Assembly (NCBI GenBank): GCA_045805185.1
Contig: JBJMLS010000300.1
Location: 10,259-74,258 of the forward strand
DNA from: Bacteroidia bacterium
Lineage (GTDB): Bacteria > Bacteroidota > Bacteroidia > B-17B0 > Aurantibacillaceae
DNA length: 64,000 nt
Direction of reading: 5' to 3'
Below the pieces are notes generated by a model. It was not told the origin of the DNA, did no database searches, and saw only the letters and a list, made by a program, of their open reading frames with translations. Of this stretch, positions 15,786 to 24,825 are shown piece after piece (the stretch's first letter is position 1; each line of letters starts with the position of its first letter). The translations under genes and the position numbers were made by a program.

Positions 15786-18515
15786 ATGCGCTACGTTCTG
15801 AGAAACCTGTTCATCCTTATTTTTCTAACCTGCATGTATGGGACCGTGCATGCTACGCATAACCGTTCAGGAGAGATCACCTATTCTTACCTTGGCGGGA
15901 ACACCTATAAGATCAGGATCACTACCTACACCAATAATGGCTCCGGTTCGCTTCAGGCAGATCGCTGCTGGCAAACCGTTTACATTGACAACCTGCTCGA
16001 CAGTATTTTTCTTCCCCGTGTGAACGGATCGCCCGGCTGTACCAATGATCCGCAGGGACCGGCAATGATGGGCGTTGACCTCACACCCGCAGGACAATCA
16101 TCGGGTTATCGTGTGAATGTTTATGAAGCGAATTATACCTTTACCGGGAACTCCTGGCATATTCTCTATATGTTCGACCCTAACCGGAATGCAGGATCCA
16201 ATAACATTCCCAATTCCGTTCAGCAGACCTTTGCCCTGGTAGATACCATATTTACAGGTAATGCGCCTGGATTCGGATCAAACAATTCTCCTATCCTTAA
16301 TTTTCCTCCTATTGACGAGGCTTGTGCGGGTCAGCCCTTCATACACAATCCCGGGGCTTATGATCCGGACCACGACAGTTTATCCTATTCACTCACTACC
16401 TGCCTGGGCAACCAGGGACTTCCCATCGGCGGTTATACCATACCTTCTAACGTTAGCATTAATGCCGTTACCGGCGACCTTACCTGGAATTCGCCACCCA
16501 CGAGCGCTGCCGGAGAATACAATTTTGCGATCCTGATAACGGAATGGAGGAAAGACCTGGACGGGGTCTACCATGTTGTTGGAAAAACCCTGCGTGACCT
16601 GCAGGTAAATGTGATCGCTCCCTGTAATAACCTGCCGCCGGATATCGTAAACATCAAAGACACCTGCATCATAGCCGGAACAAATTTCACCCAGCTTGTA
16701 ACTGCCACTGATCCTAACAATGACCTCGTCACCTTGTCGGCCAATGGCGGACCATTCAACATCAATCCTTCCGCTACCTTTAACTCGACTCCCTCCACTT
16801 CAACCGTAACCGGAACCTTTAACTGGACGCCCAATTGCGGACAGGTAAGCGTGACCCCTTATCTTGTCACCATTAAGGCGCTGGACAATCATTCACAGGT
16901 ACCGCTGGTTGACTTTGCTTCTTTTTTTATTAAAGTCATAGGCCCTCCCCCTCAAAACTTAACAGCTGTTCCAAGCGGGGCGAGCATTGTTCTGAACTGG
17001 CAGCCCCCGGTTTCCTGTTCACAGTTTAGCGGCAATATGGTGGTTACCTATTTGATCTACCGCAAGCAGGATTGCGTACCCTGGCTGCATGCGCCCTGTG
17101 AAACGGGTGTTCCGGCATATACAGGATTCGTGCAGGTGGGAAGTATAAACGCGATAGGTGTTTCTTCGCCAACTTTCACTGATAATAACAATGGAGCGGG
17201 CTTAGTACAGGGCGTCGACTATTCTTATATTGTAGTTGCTCAGTTTGCCGATGGCGCTCAAAGCTACGCATCTAACCAGGTTTGTTACCATATTATCCGC
17301 GATGTTCCCGTGATCATAAATGCAAGTGTTGACACAACGGATGCCGCCACAGGAAAGATCTGGGTAAGGTGGCTGAAGCCTTTACTCTCCACCGCAACAG
17401 TTGCGAACCTGGATACGCTTGCCAACCCCGGCCCTTACGAATTCCGCCTGATGCAGCATACCGGCTTTAGCGGGACCTTTGGCGCTTCACCTGTTTATTC
17501 GGTAAGCAAGCCTTATTTCGCACAGATCAATACGGCAGCCGACACTTCTTTTACGGATTCGGCATTGAACACATTTGGGAATCCTTATACTTACCGGGTA
17601 GACTTTTATTGCAACGGAACGCTGAAGGGATCGACACAAACGGCTTCTTCTGTTTTTCTCACCGCAACCGGACTTGCCCGCCGCGTTCAGCTGACCTGGC
17701 AGGCACAGGTTCCCTGGAACAATTATTTTTATTATATCTATAAGCAAAACGCGACAGGGAACTACCTGCTGATCGATAGTACTTCTGCAACTGTTTATAC
17801 CGACAGTAACCTTGTTGACGGCATGACTTATTGTTACAAGATCAAAACTGTTGGGAAATATTCAGATCCCGGAATCTATTCGCCGCTTGTTAACTGGTCG
17901 CAAAAAGCCTGTGCAGTCCCTGTTGACAATGAGGCGCCCTGTGCACCAACGATTAGCGCGGTTGGCGATTGCATAACGCAAACCACGGTGATCACCTGGA
18001 ACAATCCGAACAATTCCTGCAGCGACGACGCAGTTTATTATAACCTCTATTATACTCCCATTCTCGATAGTCAAATGGTGAAAATAGACTCCTTACCGAT
18101 CAACATTACCCTTTACCAAACCGATTTTGCTTCTTCCATTGCTGGCTGTTACGCGATCACGGCAGTGGACTCATTTAAGAATGAAAGTGCGCCAAGCGTT
18201 GTTTCCTGTGTTGATAATTGCCCGGAATATGAATTGCCGAATATCATTACCATTAACGGCGACAGCATTAATGATTATTTTATTCCTGTAAAGAACCGCT
18301 TTGTAAAAGATATAGATCTGAAAGTATACAACCGCTGGGGTTCACTTGTATTTGAAACAACACTTGCAGCGATCAATTGGGACGGCAGGAACAAATTATC
18401 GAAATTACCCTGCACTGATGGCACGTATTATTACACCTGCGATGTGCACATGATCCGTTATACGGGTATTGAAACCAAAAAGCTGAAGGGTTTTTTACAG
18501 ATCCTGAAAAATTAA
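15786..18515 (+). CDS. T9SS type-B sorting domain (gliding motility-associated C-terminal domain) surface protein
   Basis: Signal peptide followed by ATHNRSGEITYSY. Multiple Ig/FN3-like regions. The C-terminus ELPNIITINGDSINDYFIPV...VYNRWGSLVFE...WDGRN...DGTYYYTC...KGFLQILKN matches the CHU_C/type-B pattern. ATG at 15786 chosen. Confidence 0.85.
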   Translation: MRYVLRNLFILIFLTCMYGTVHATHNRSGEITYSYLGGNTYKIRITTYTNNGSGSLQADRCWQTVYIDNLLDSIFLPRVNGSPGCTNDPQGPAMMGVDLTPAGQSSGYRVNVYEANYTFTGNSWHILYMFDPNRNAGSNNIPNSVQQTFALVDTIFTGNAPGFGSNNSPILNFPPIDEACAGQPFIHNPGAYDPDHDSLSYSLTTCLGNQGLPIGGYTIPSNVSINAVTGDLTWNSPPTSAAGEYNFAILITEWRKDLDGVYHVVGKTLRDLQVNVIAPCNNLPPDIVNIKDTCIIAGTNFTQLVTATDPNNDLVTLSANGGPFNINPSATFNSTPSTSTVTGTFNWTPNCGQVSVTPYLVTIKALDNHSQVPLVDFASFFIKVIGPPPQNLTAVPSGASIVLNWQPPVSCSQFSGNMVVTYLIYRKQDCVPWLHAPCETGVPAYTGFVQVGSINAIGVSSPTFTDNNNGAGLVQGVDYSYIVVAQFADGAQSYASNQVCYHIIRDVPVIINASVDTTDAATGKIWVRWLKPLLSTATVANLDTLANPGPYEFRLMQHTGFSGTFGASPVYSVSKPYFAQINTAADTSFTDSALNTFGNPYTYRVDFYCNGTLKGSTQTASSVFLTATGLARRVQLTWQAQVPWNNYFYYIYKQNATGNYLLIDSTSATVYTDSNLVDGMTYCYKIKTVGKYSDPGIYSPLVNWSQKACAVPVDNEAPCAPTISAVGDCITQTTVITWNNPNNSCSDDAVYYNLYYTPILDSQMVKIDSLPINITLYQTDFASSIAGCYAITAVDSFKNESAPSVVSCVDNCPEYELPNIITINGDSINDYFIPVKNRFVKDIDLKVYNRWGSLVFETTLAAINWDGRNKLSKLPCTDGTYYYTCDVHMIRYTGIETKKLKGFLQILKN

Positions 18516-18526
18516 GGTCCTTCCAG

Positions 18527-19510
18527 GTGAAAGACTTTAGCCGCAAAAAAGTATTGGTTTGTCCCCTCGACTGGGGTTTTGGTCACGCTACACGTTGTAT
18601 TCCGCTGATCCATCAATTGCTCGAGCAAAATGCAGAAGTCATTATTGCCGCCGCGCCTTCCATCAAAGCTTTACTTCAAAACGAGTTTCCGTCCTTAAAA
18701 TTTACCGATGTTTTTGGTTACGAAGTGAACTATTCCAGGGCCCTCCCGCTTAACCTGAAATTGATCCTCCAGGCGCCGCGCTTATTAAAACTAATTAAAA
18801 AAGAGAACGAGTGGCTGGATAAAGCCATTGATCAACTTGGCCTGGATGTGGTGATTTCGGACAACCGTTATGGCTTGCACAGCAAAAAAGCACATTGCAT
18901 TTTTATAACCCACCAGCTTTTTATTCCCGCGCCTGTTCTAAGCGCCGCGCTCAATAAGAAGAACCACCGCTACATTGCTCAGTTCAACGAATGCTGGGTA
19001 CCCGATCATGAAGGAAATACTAATCTCTCCGGGAAACTTTCGCACGGAAAGCACGAATTGAAAAACATAAGATACATTGGTCCTTTAAGCAGGTTCAAAG
19101 CAAGCACGGGAGCCATTCCTAAAAAATACGATTATTGCGTATTGCTTTCCGGGATTGAGCCCCAGCGGAGCATCCTTGAAAAGAAATTGCTGCGGTGCAT
19201 TACCAGGAGTGGAAAAAAAACAGTGTTTATCCGAGGGATCCATTCCGGACGGGGACGCGAGATCACCAATAACGTTGAAGTGATTTCCTTTTTAAACGGT
19301 GAGGCGCTGCGGGAAAAAATTCTTCAGAGTGAATGCGTCATCTGCCGGAGCGGTTATTCCAGTATCATGGATATGGCAACGCTGGGCAAAAAAACGATAC
19401 TGATCCCTACTCCCGGTCAAAATGAACAGGAGTACCTGGCAGCTCATCTTGAAAACAAGAGCCAGTGGCATAAGGTAAAGCAATCAAAGCTCGGCTCGCT
19501 TAAACTCTAG
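18527..19510 (+). CDS. glycosyltransferase (GT1/GT28 MurG-like superfamily)
   Basis: N-terminal GFGHATRC motif and a C-terminal nucleotide-sugar binding block (CRSGYSSIMDMATLGKKTILIPTPGQNEQEY). GTG start. Confidence 0.75.
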   Translation: MKDFSRKKVLVCPLDWGFGHATRCIPLIHQLLEQNAEVIIAAAPSIKALLQNEFPSLKFTDVFGYEVNYSRALPLNLKLILQAPRLLKLIKKENEWLDKAIDQLGLDVVISDNRYGLHSKKAHCIFITHQLFIPAPVLSAALNKKNHRYIAQFNECWVPDHEGNTNLSGKLSHGKHELKNIRYIGPLSRFKASTGAIPKKYDYCVLLSGIEPQRSILEKKLLRCITRSGKKTVFIRGIHSGRGREITNNVEVISFLNGEALREKILQSECVICRSGYSSIMDMATLGKKTILIPTPGQNEQEYLAAHLENKSQWHKVKQSKLGSLKL

Positions 19511-19587
19511 GCAGAGCAGCGATCAAATTTTAGCAGCCCTAATCTCCTTTTATATTATTTTGATACATTTGGATAAAGCATTTCCAC

Positions 19588-20421
19588 TTGAACAAAAGCA
19601 TTTCTTTCCGGGGTGACTCCGTAAGCTTCAGCGATAAAGGCAAAGGACGCGCGCTGGTGCTGCTGCATGGTTTTCTGGGATCAAAAGAGATCTGGAACAC
19701 CACAGAACAGGAACTCTCGAGGTACTTCAGGATAATTTCAATTGATCTTCCCGGACATGGGGAAACAGCTTGTTACGGTTATGTACACAGTATGGAACTC
19801 ATGGCTAAATGCGTGAAAGCTGTTATGGATCAGCTGCGTTTGAAGAAATACATTTTAGTTGGCCACAGTATGGGCGGTTACGCGGCCCTGGCTTTTGGCG
19901 AATTATTCCCGGATAACCTTCGCGGCATCTGTCTTTTTCATTCAACAGCCTATGCCGATAATGAACAGAAAAAACAGGATCGTACGCGCGCGGTAAAGCT
20001 GGTAAAAGCAAACGCCCGGCTTTACACACGTGATACCATAAAGAACCTCTTCGCCGCGCGCAACCTGGCTAAACTAAAAAAAGAGATCGGCTTCGCACAA
20101 AAGATAGCTTTCAAAACGCCGAAGCGCGGAATAGTTGCTGCGCTCGAAGGAATGAAGGACCGGCCGAACAGGGATGTGATCCTCAACTTTGCCGAATATC
20201 CCATCATGATGATCATCGGACGCTATGATACCGTTCTTCCAATGCAGCTGCTGCTCAACCAGTCCGAACTGATCCGGAGCAGCTATGTTTTACTCCTGGA
20301 GAATAACGGGCACATGGGCTTTTTAGAAAATCCAAAAGAAAGCATTACCCACCTTAAGCGTTTTGCAAGAAATTGCTTTAAGCCACAGCGAAAGCAGATG
20401 CATATCCGTGTTTCTGCTTAA
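19588..20421 (+). CDS. alpha/beta hydrolase fold protein
   Basis: LLHGFLGS oxyanion region, GHSMGG nucleophile elbow and a C-terminal GHMGF histidine region. TTG start. Confidence 0.85.
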   Translation: MNKSISFRGDSVSFSDKGKGRALVLLHGFLGSKEIWNTTEQELSRYFRIISIDLPGHGETACYGYVHSMELMAKCVKAVMDQLRLKKYILVGHSMGGYAALAFGELFPDNLRGICLFHSTAYADNEQKKQDRTRAVKLVKANARLYTRDTIKNLFAARNLAKLKKEIGFAQKIAFKTPKRGIVAALEGMKDRPNRDVILNFAEYPIMMIIGRYDTVLPMQLLLNQSELIRSSYVLLLENNGHMGFLENPKESITHLKRFARNCFKPQRKQMHIRVSA

Positions 20422-20517
20422 AAATCTTCTCCTGCAATTAAAGGGCGCGAGCGGGGATTAACAAATTTTTGCAGGTTACTTTTTTGCCGGATGCCGGATC
20501 AAGAATAAATCATTAAC

Positions 20518-21465
20518 ATGAAAACAACATTTCCACATTTCGGTAAAACGGCATTAACAGCTGGCTTACCTGTTTTTCTTTTATTTGCTTCCTGCACTCC
20601 AAGCGCCGAAGAAAAAGCAAAATTTGAATCCGTCGCTTATGCCATGAGCGATTCTGTCGCTGCACCTGTGTCGGCAACCGCCGTAGATAATACGGAAACA
20701 AAAGCCGATACTCATGTATTTCTCCGGACAGCCGATTTGAAATTCAGCGTAAAAGACGTAAGACGATCTACCGAAGAGATTGAACGTATTGTGCGGGCGA
20801 ATGATGGTTTTGTCACTTATACTAACCTTAAAGGCACAAACACGGATCAGGGCTCTACCCGGATCAGCAAGGATACGCTGGTTCGGATCAGCAGCATTAG
20901 TATTGTAAATGAGATCACCCTGCGCGTGCCGAATGAAAACCTCGACAGTACACTGCTCGCCATTAATATGCAAGTGGACTTTATGGATAACCGCGTTATT
21001 AAAGCGGATGATGTGAAATTACAGCTGCTCTCCGGAAAGCTGGCGGGCAAACGCAATAAGGAACACCTGAAAAAGCTGGATAAAGTGATCAGCAGCCAGG
21101 GGAAAAAACTGAACCAGACCATAAACGCACTGGAAAATCTGTCGAACGAAGCAAGCCTCAACGATGCGCAGGAGCTCAGCCTGCTTGAGCTCAAGGACCA
21201 GGTGAATTACAGTACAGTTACACTTTTCATTTACCAGGCTGAAAAAAAAGAATTTAAGAAAGCGGCATTCATTCCGGCCTTCGAACCTTATGTTCCTTCT
21301 TTTGCGGATAAGATGAAAACCGCTTCCGCAACCGGTCTTGAAATACTGGAAGGTATTGCCATCTTTCTCGTTACCATCTGGCCCTTCGCTCTTCTTACAA
21401 TAGTGATCTGGTCATTGGTAAAATGGCTGAGCAGGAAAAAATTGCTGAGCAAATTAATAAGCTGA
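20518..21465 (+). CDS. lipoprotein with C-terminal TM helices, DUF4349-like
   Basis: Lipobox LLFASC, a central coiled-coil segment and a C-terminal hydrophobic region ILEGIAIFLVTIWPFALLTIVIWSLV. The family call is from memory of the architecture only. Confidence 0.5.
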   Translation: MKTTFPHFGKTALTAGLPVFLLFASCTPSAEEKAKFESVAYAMSDSVAAPVSATAVDNTETKADTHVFLRTADLKFSVKDVRRSTEEIERIVRANDGFVTYTNLKGTNTDQGSTRISKDTLVRISSISIVNEITLRVPNENLDSTLLAINMQVDFMDNRVIKADDVKLQLLSGKLAGKRNKEHLKKLDKVISSQGKKLNQTINALENLSNEASLNDAQELSLLELKDQVNYSTVTLFIYQAEKKEFKKAAFIPAFEPYVPSFADKMKTASATGLEILEGIAIFLVTIWPFALLTIVIWSLVKWLSRKKLLSKLIS

Positions 21466-21471
21466 AATTAA

Positions 21472-21497
21472 ATGGTCCCGCTGCATGGCGGGACCAT
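21472..21497. terminator. bidirectional hairpin terminator between convergent genes
   Basis: Perfect 10-bp stem ATGGTCCCGC/GCGGGACCAT with a 6-nt loop. Confidence 0.6.
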
Positions 21498-21523
21498 ATT
21501 AGCGTAAAAGTTCAACCAGAAAT

Positions 21524-22381
21524 TCAGACCCGCAGACCCATGATCAGTATATCGTCTACCTGCTCTAATTCTCCTTTCCAGGATACGAGCGTTTCATGCA
21601 GAATATTTTTTTGGGCTGAACTATCCTTATGCGAAATGGAAACAAGCAGTTCTTTAAGTTGGAGAGATGTGAATTTTTTTCCTTTTGTTCCGCCAAACTG
21701 ATCTTTGTATCCATCAGAAAACCCATACACCATATCACCGGATCTTAATTGAAAGCTATGATTGGTAAAGGGTTTCTGGTAAAAGGTAGATCCTACATCC
21801 TGCTTATCGGCTTTGAGTTCAAAAAGAACGCCGTTCCTGATAATGCAAAGCCCATTGTTCGCCCCGGAAAACTCCAACACATTCGTCTTGAGATCCACGG
21901 AAAAAAAAGCGATATCCATGCCATCATGCATTTTTTTATGGCCATTCTTTTTTCCCAATGCGGTATAGATATCTTTATTGAGGCGATCCAGGATTCCTGC
22001 CGGCGACTGTGTTTCTCCTGACTTTACTATGCTATGAAGCTTTCCAATACCCAGTATGGATAGCATCGCTCCCGGAACCCCATGTCCGGTACAATCGGCC
22101 ACCGCAAGAAATACCTTATCTCCGGCTTTCTCGAACCACTTGAAATCGCCGCTTACAATATCTTTTGGTGAATTGTAAACGAATGATTGCGGAAATAGTT
22201 CTTTGAGCGATTCGGGGTCATGGCTGATAGCTTCCTGTATAAGCGCGGCATACCGCATGCTTTCCGTTTTTTCCTTTATAAGCTCGTCCAGCATCACCTT
22301 TGTCTGGTACTGCCGTTTTTTTTCCAGACACTTCTCTTCCAATTGATGTAATGTCTCTCCGTTAAAGTATCCTGTGATCAT
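21524..22381 (-). CDS. stand-alone PP2C/SpoIIE family protein phosphatase
   Basis: SGDFKWF...DCTGHGVPGAMLS...DGMDIAFF...SDGYKDQFGG...DDILIMGLRV. Collinear with the C-terminal half of ORF 5693-7948. Confidence 0.85.
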   Translation of the reverse strand: MITGYFNGETLHQLEEKCLEKKRQYQTKVMLDELIKEKTESMRYAALIQEAISHDPESLKELFPQSFVYNSPKDIVSGDFKWFEKAGDKVFLAVADCTGHGVPGAMLSILGIGKLHSIVKSGETQSPAGILDRLNKDIYTALGKKNGHKKMHDGMDIAFFSVDLKTNVLEFSGANNGLCIIRNGVLFELKADKQDVGSTFYQKPFTNHSFQLRSGDMVYGFSDGYKDQFGGTKGKKFTSLQLKELLVSISHKDSSAQKNILHETLVSWKGELEQVDDILIMGLRV

Positions 22382-22485
22382 GGAGCAAAATTAGGCAACA
22401 CCGGCGGAGGATCCCTGCCATAAACGGGCTCATTAACTACGGAGGTAAGTTTTTCAGGCTTTTTGTAGAATTGTAAAGTGTGTAA

Positions 22486-23556
22486 TTATTCAGATCCCAG
22501 TTCCACAATTACCACGTAACCTTCCTGCGTGATCAGGCTCTTCTGAATTCCACCGATGAACCTGTTTCCTTCTGGAGAAAAAGACCCGAGCCCTGTCCAA
22601 ACAGCTCTGCCCTTGTACTGCGGGTTTCCCGGATCATTAAAAAAGCTGAGCCGCTTTTTATTTTTACCGTTCACATCCATTATCCACCAGTCGGTGCCTT
22701 TATTCTTATTTCCTTTGTTGGTCATCCATACGATCCGCTTTCCGTCAGGAGTAAAACAACCGTGTTCGTTGTAGTCCCCTTCTGTCAATTGTTTTATTTC
22801 GCTCCCATCGGCATTCATTGTGAATAATTGCGAGAGCCAGGCTGAACCGGTATTCATACTGGAACAAAAAATTATTTTTTCCCCATCCGGAGAATAGCCA
22901 TAGCTTTCGTTGAAACAATTTTTTCCGGGCAGCAGATCCTTTACATTGCTTACAGCAGGCACGCTATCTTTCGCCCAGGTGAAATCGGCGGTCTTAACGG
23001 TCCAGAAGCCGAAATGCCGTTGCGGATTCCCCAGGGAAGGGCGCATGATCCGATCGGTCCATACGATCTTTGATCCGTCAGGCGAAAAGCGCGGAGCAAT
23101 TACCCCGTGATCAAAGTCGTTGGGAAGCTCCAGCACCTTAAACACTTTTTTTCCATCGACGCTCATGACGTAAATATCGCAATAAGCGCCAAAGCCCGGC
23201 AAGGCATTTACAGAGCCACGCGGGTGCTCTTTTTTTTCTGCAAGAAAGATGATCCATTTACCTGAAGGGTGCCAGGAAGGAAGACAGATGTGCCGGTTGG
23301 GAAGTAATGGATGGTTCTCTGTAATACACTTCTCAAATTTCCTGTCGGGCGAGGCAATGTAAATATCGTAGTACTTATCTTTTCCCTTGAAGGAATAAGC
23401 AACAAGGTTTCTATCTGCCGGGTTCCAGTGACAGTCAAGAGCTGAATCCCTGAAAAGACTTACACGCGTTTGACTTAGTGCCGGAAAGAAACAGGTGAAT
23501 ACAAACAACTTTAAAAACAAAATCTTCATGAGAAGGAGTAAATTATAAACCTTCAT
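22486..23556 (-). CDS. TolB-like PD40 (WD40-like beta-propeller) repeat protein, secreted
   Basis: Repeated SPDGxKIxW-type motifs: FSPDGSKIVW, YSPDGEKIIF, FTPDGKRIVW, FSPEGNRF. It has a signal peptide. An alternative start lies at 23529. Confidence 0.75.
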   Translation of the reverse strand: MKVYNLLLLMKILFLKLFVFTCFFPALSQTRVSLFRDSALDCHWNPADRNLVAYSFKGKDKYYDIYIASPDRKFEKCITENHPLLPNRHICLPSWHPSGKWIIFLAEKKEHPRGSVNALPGFGAYCDIYVMSVDGKKVFKVLELPNDFDHGVIAPRFSPDGSKIVWTDRIMRPSLGNPQRHFGFWTVKTADFTWAKDSVPAVSNVKDLLPGKNCFNESYGYSPDGEKIIFCSSMNTGSAWLSQLFTMNADGSEIKQLTEGDYNEHGCFTPDGKRIVWMTNKGNKNKGTDWWIMDVNGKNKKRLSFFNDPGNPQYKGRAVWTGLGSFSPEGNRFIGGIQKSLITQEGYVVIVELGSE

Positions 23557-23611
23557 ACAAGATAATGAATTATGTCATTAGTCTCCGATAAAAGTCCCCG
23601 TAGCGGATCTG

Positions 23612-23836
23612 TTATTTTTCCATTTTATCGTCGAGCGTTTTTTCGAGACGAACCACTAAGGTTAAAAAATCATTGTATTTGTTCTGAGCTTCCTGCCAGG
23701 CCTTATACTTTTTGTTGCGATCAGCTATCAGCTCTTTATTGGTTGAGCCTTTGATCGCAGCTTCTGCCTTGTAGTACTTCGATAATTTGTCTACTACTAT
23801 CCTGTGCAGGGTATTGCATTGATCCCTGTATGTCAT
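23612..23836 (-). CDS. hypothetical 74-aa helical protein
   Basis: Clean charged helical sequence. Divergent from the XRE gene. No family recognised. Confidence 0.4.
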   Translation of the reverse strand: MTYRDQCNTLHRIVVDKLSKYYKAEAAIKGSTNKELIADRNKKYKAWQEAQNKYNDFLTLVVRLEKTLDDKMEK

Positions 23837-24044
23837 GGCATATCTTTTTCACCCACAAAATTAATATGCGGTGAAAAAAAATCAAATTTTTTCAGGAATA
23901 ATTACTTGTGATAACAAGCATTTTTTCATTGAATTTCAAGTCGTTCCAACTGCTTTTTTAAGTTACATCTATTTTAACGATTTGCCACTATGCTTACGAC
24001 ATTTAAGTCGCCGCAAATCCGATACTTCTTCATCACCTTCGCTT

Positions 24045-24293
24045 ATGCAAAAGCCAGTCACGGATACGCTCGTCCTCTTTGGATTGATGGTGAAAAAAGC
24101 ACGACTTGAAAACAACTGGTCGCAAACGGAACTGGCTGCAAAAGTGGATATGGATATGCGTACTATACAGCGCATAGAAAGAGGAGAAACTAACCTGAGG
24201 TTTCACAATCTGTATTCTCTTATTGATGTTTTAGATATTGATCCGAATTCCGTTTTCAAAAGATCAGCAAGCGCTGTCCGTTCCTCTTCCTGA
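24045..24293 (+). CDS. XRE family helix-turn-helix transcriptional regulator
   Basis: FGLMVKKARLENNWSQTELAAKVDMDMRTIQRIERGETNLRFHNLYSLIDVL. The ATG at 24045 is chosen because the 58-aa N-terminal extension in the track ORF looks non-coding. Confidence 0.75.
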   Translation: MQKPVTDTLVLFGLMVKKARLENNWSQTELAAKVDMDMRTIQRIERGETNLRFHNLYSLIDVLDIDPNSVFKRSASAVRSSS

Positions 24294-24552
24294 ATTATTA
24301 CTGCATCTTTTATTCCTGATGATCCCTTCGCTCTCTGCGCTGGCATTTTAATTGTCAAACAGGTATTGTCCTGATACTTTCATACACCGAAGAAAAACGG
24401 GAAACAGTGTGGTAATACGGACGCTGTTCATGAGCAGACAAAAAAAAACGGGATGGTCCGCACCATTCAACATCGGAGTGTTAAATCTCTCTCCTCAATT
24501 TTCCCCAAAAAGGGGAATTCGTTCTCATTCAAATAAACCAAAACCTATATTT

Positions 24553-24813
24553 ATGAAAGTGATCAATAAAGATTACAAGACCGCTCCAGTGCCTTTGGAT
24601 TTTGTGCATAAGACAACCATGTACGCGGGAGAAGCCCGCCCTGTTTATTCCTCCTGCCACGACGGGGTATGCTTCGAATTGGATATTACGCTGAATGCAG
24701 AACACCTGGGCACGATCTCCTGTGGCGAAAACATGAAATGGACAATGCGCAATATCAGCGATCAGACCCTTATTGATAAGATCGGAGAAGAGATCGCGCT
24801 GTGGTATGAATAA
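24553..24813 (+). CDS. hypothetical 86-aa protein immediately upstream of ligD
   Basis: Starts MKVINKDYKT. The stop lies 12 nt before the ligD ATG. No family recognised, and it is not Ku. Confidence 0.45.
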   Translation: MKVINKDYKTAPVPLDFVHKTTMYAGEARPVYSSCHDGVCFELDITLNAEHLGTISCGENMKWTMRNISDQTLIDKIGEEIALWYE

Positions 24814-24825
24814 ATAAATTCGCAA

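Noticed and set aside
20581-21194. 130-aa and 115-aa minus-strand ORFs
   Set aside because: They are antisense to the DUF4349-like lipoprotein gene. They have no motifs and a biased Ser/Arg/Phe composition.
23871-24044. 58-aa N-terminal extension of the XRE regulator ORF
   Set aside because: The sequence is AT-rich and Phe/Ile/Cys-rich with no helix-turn-helix. It is likely promoter/leader DNA, and the HTH domain starts after the ATG at 24045.
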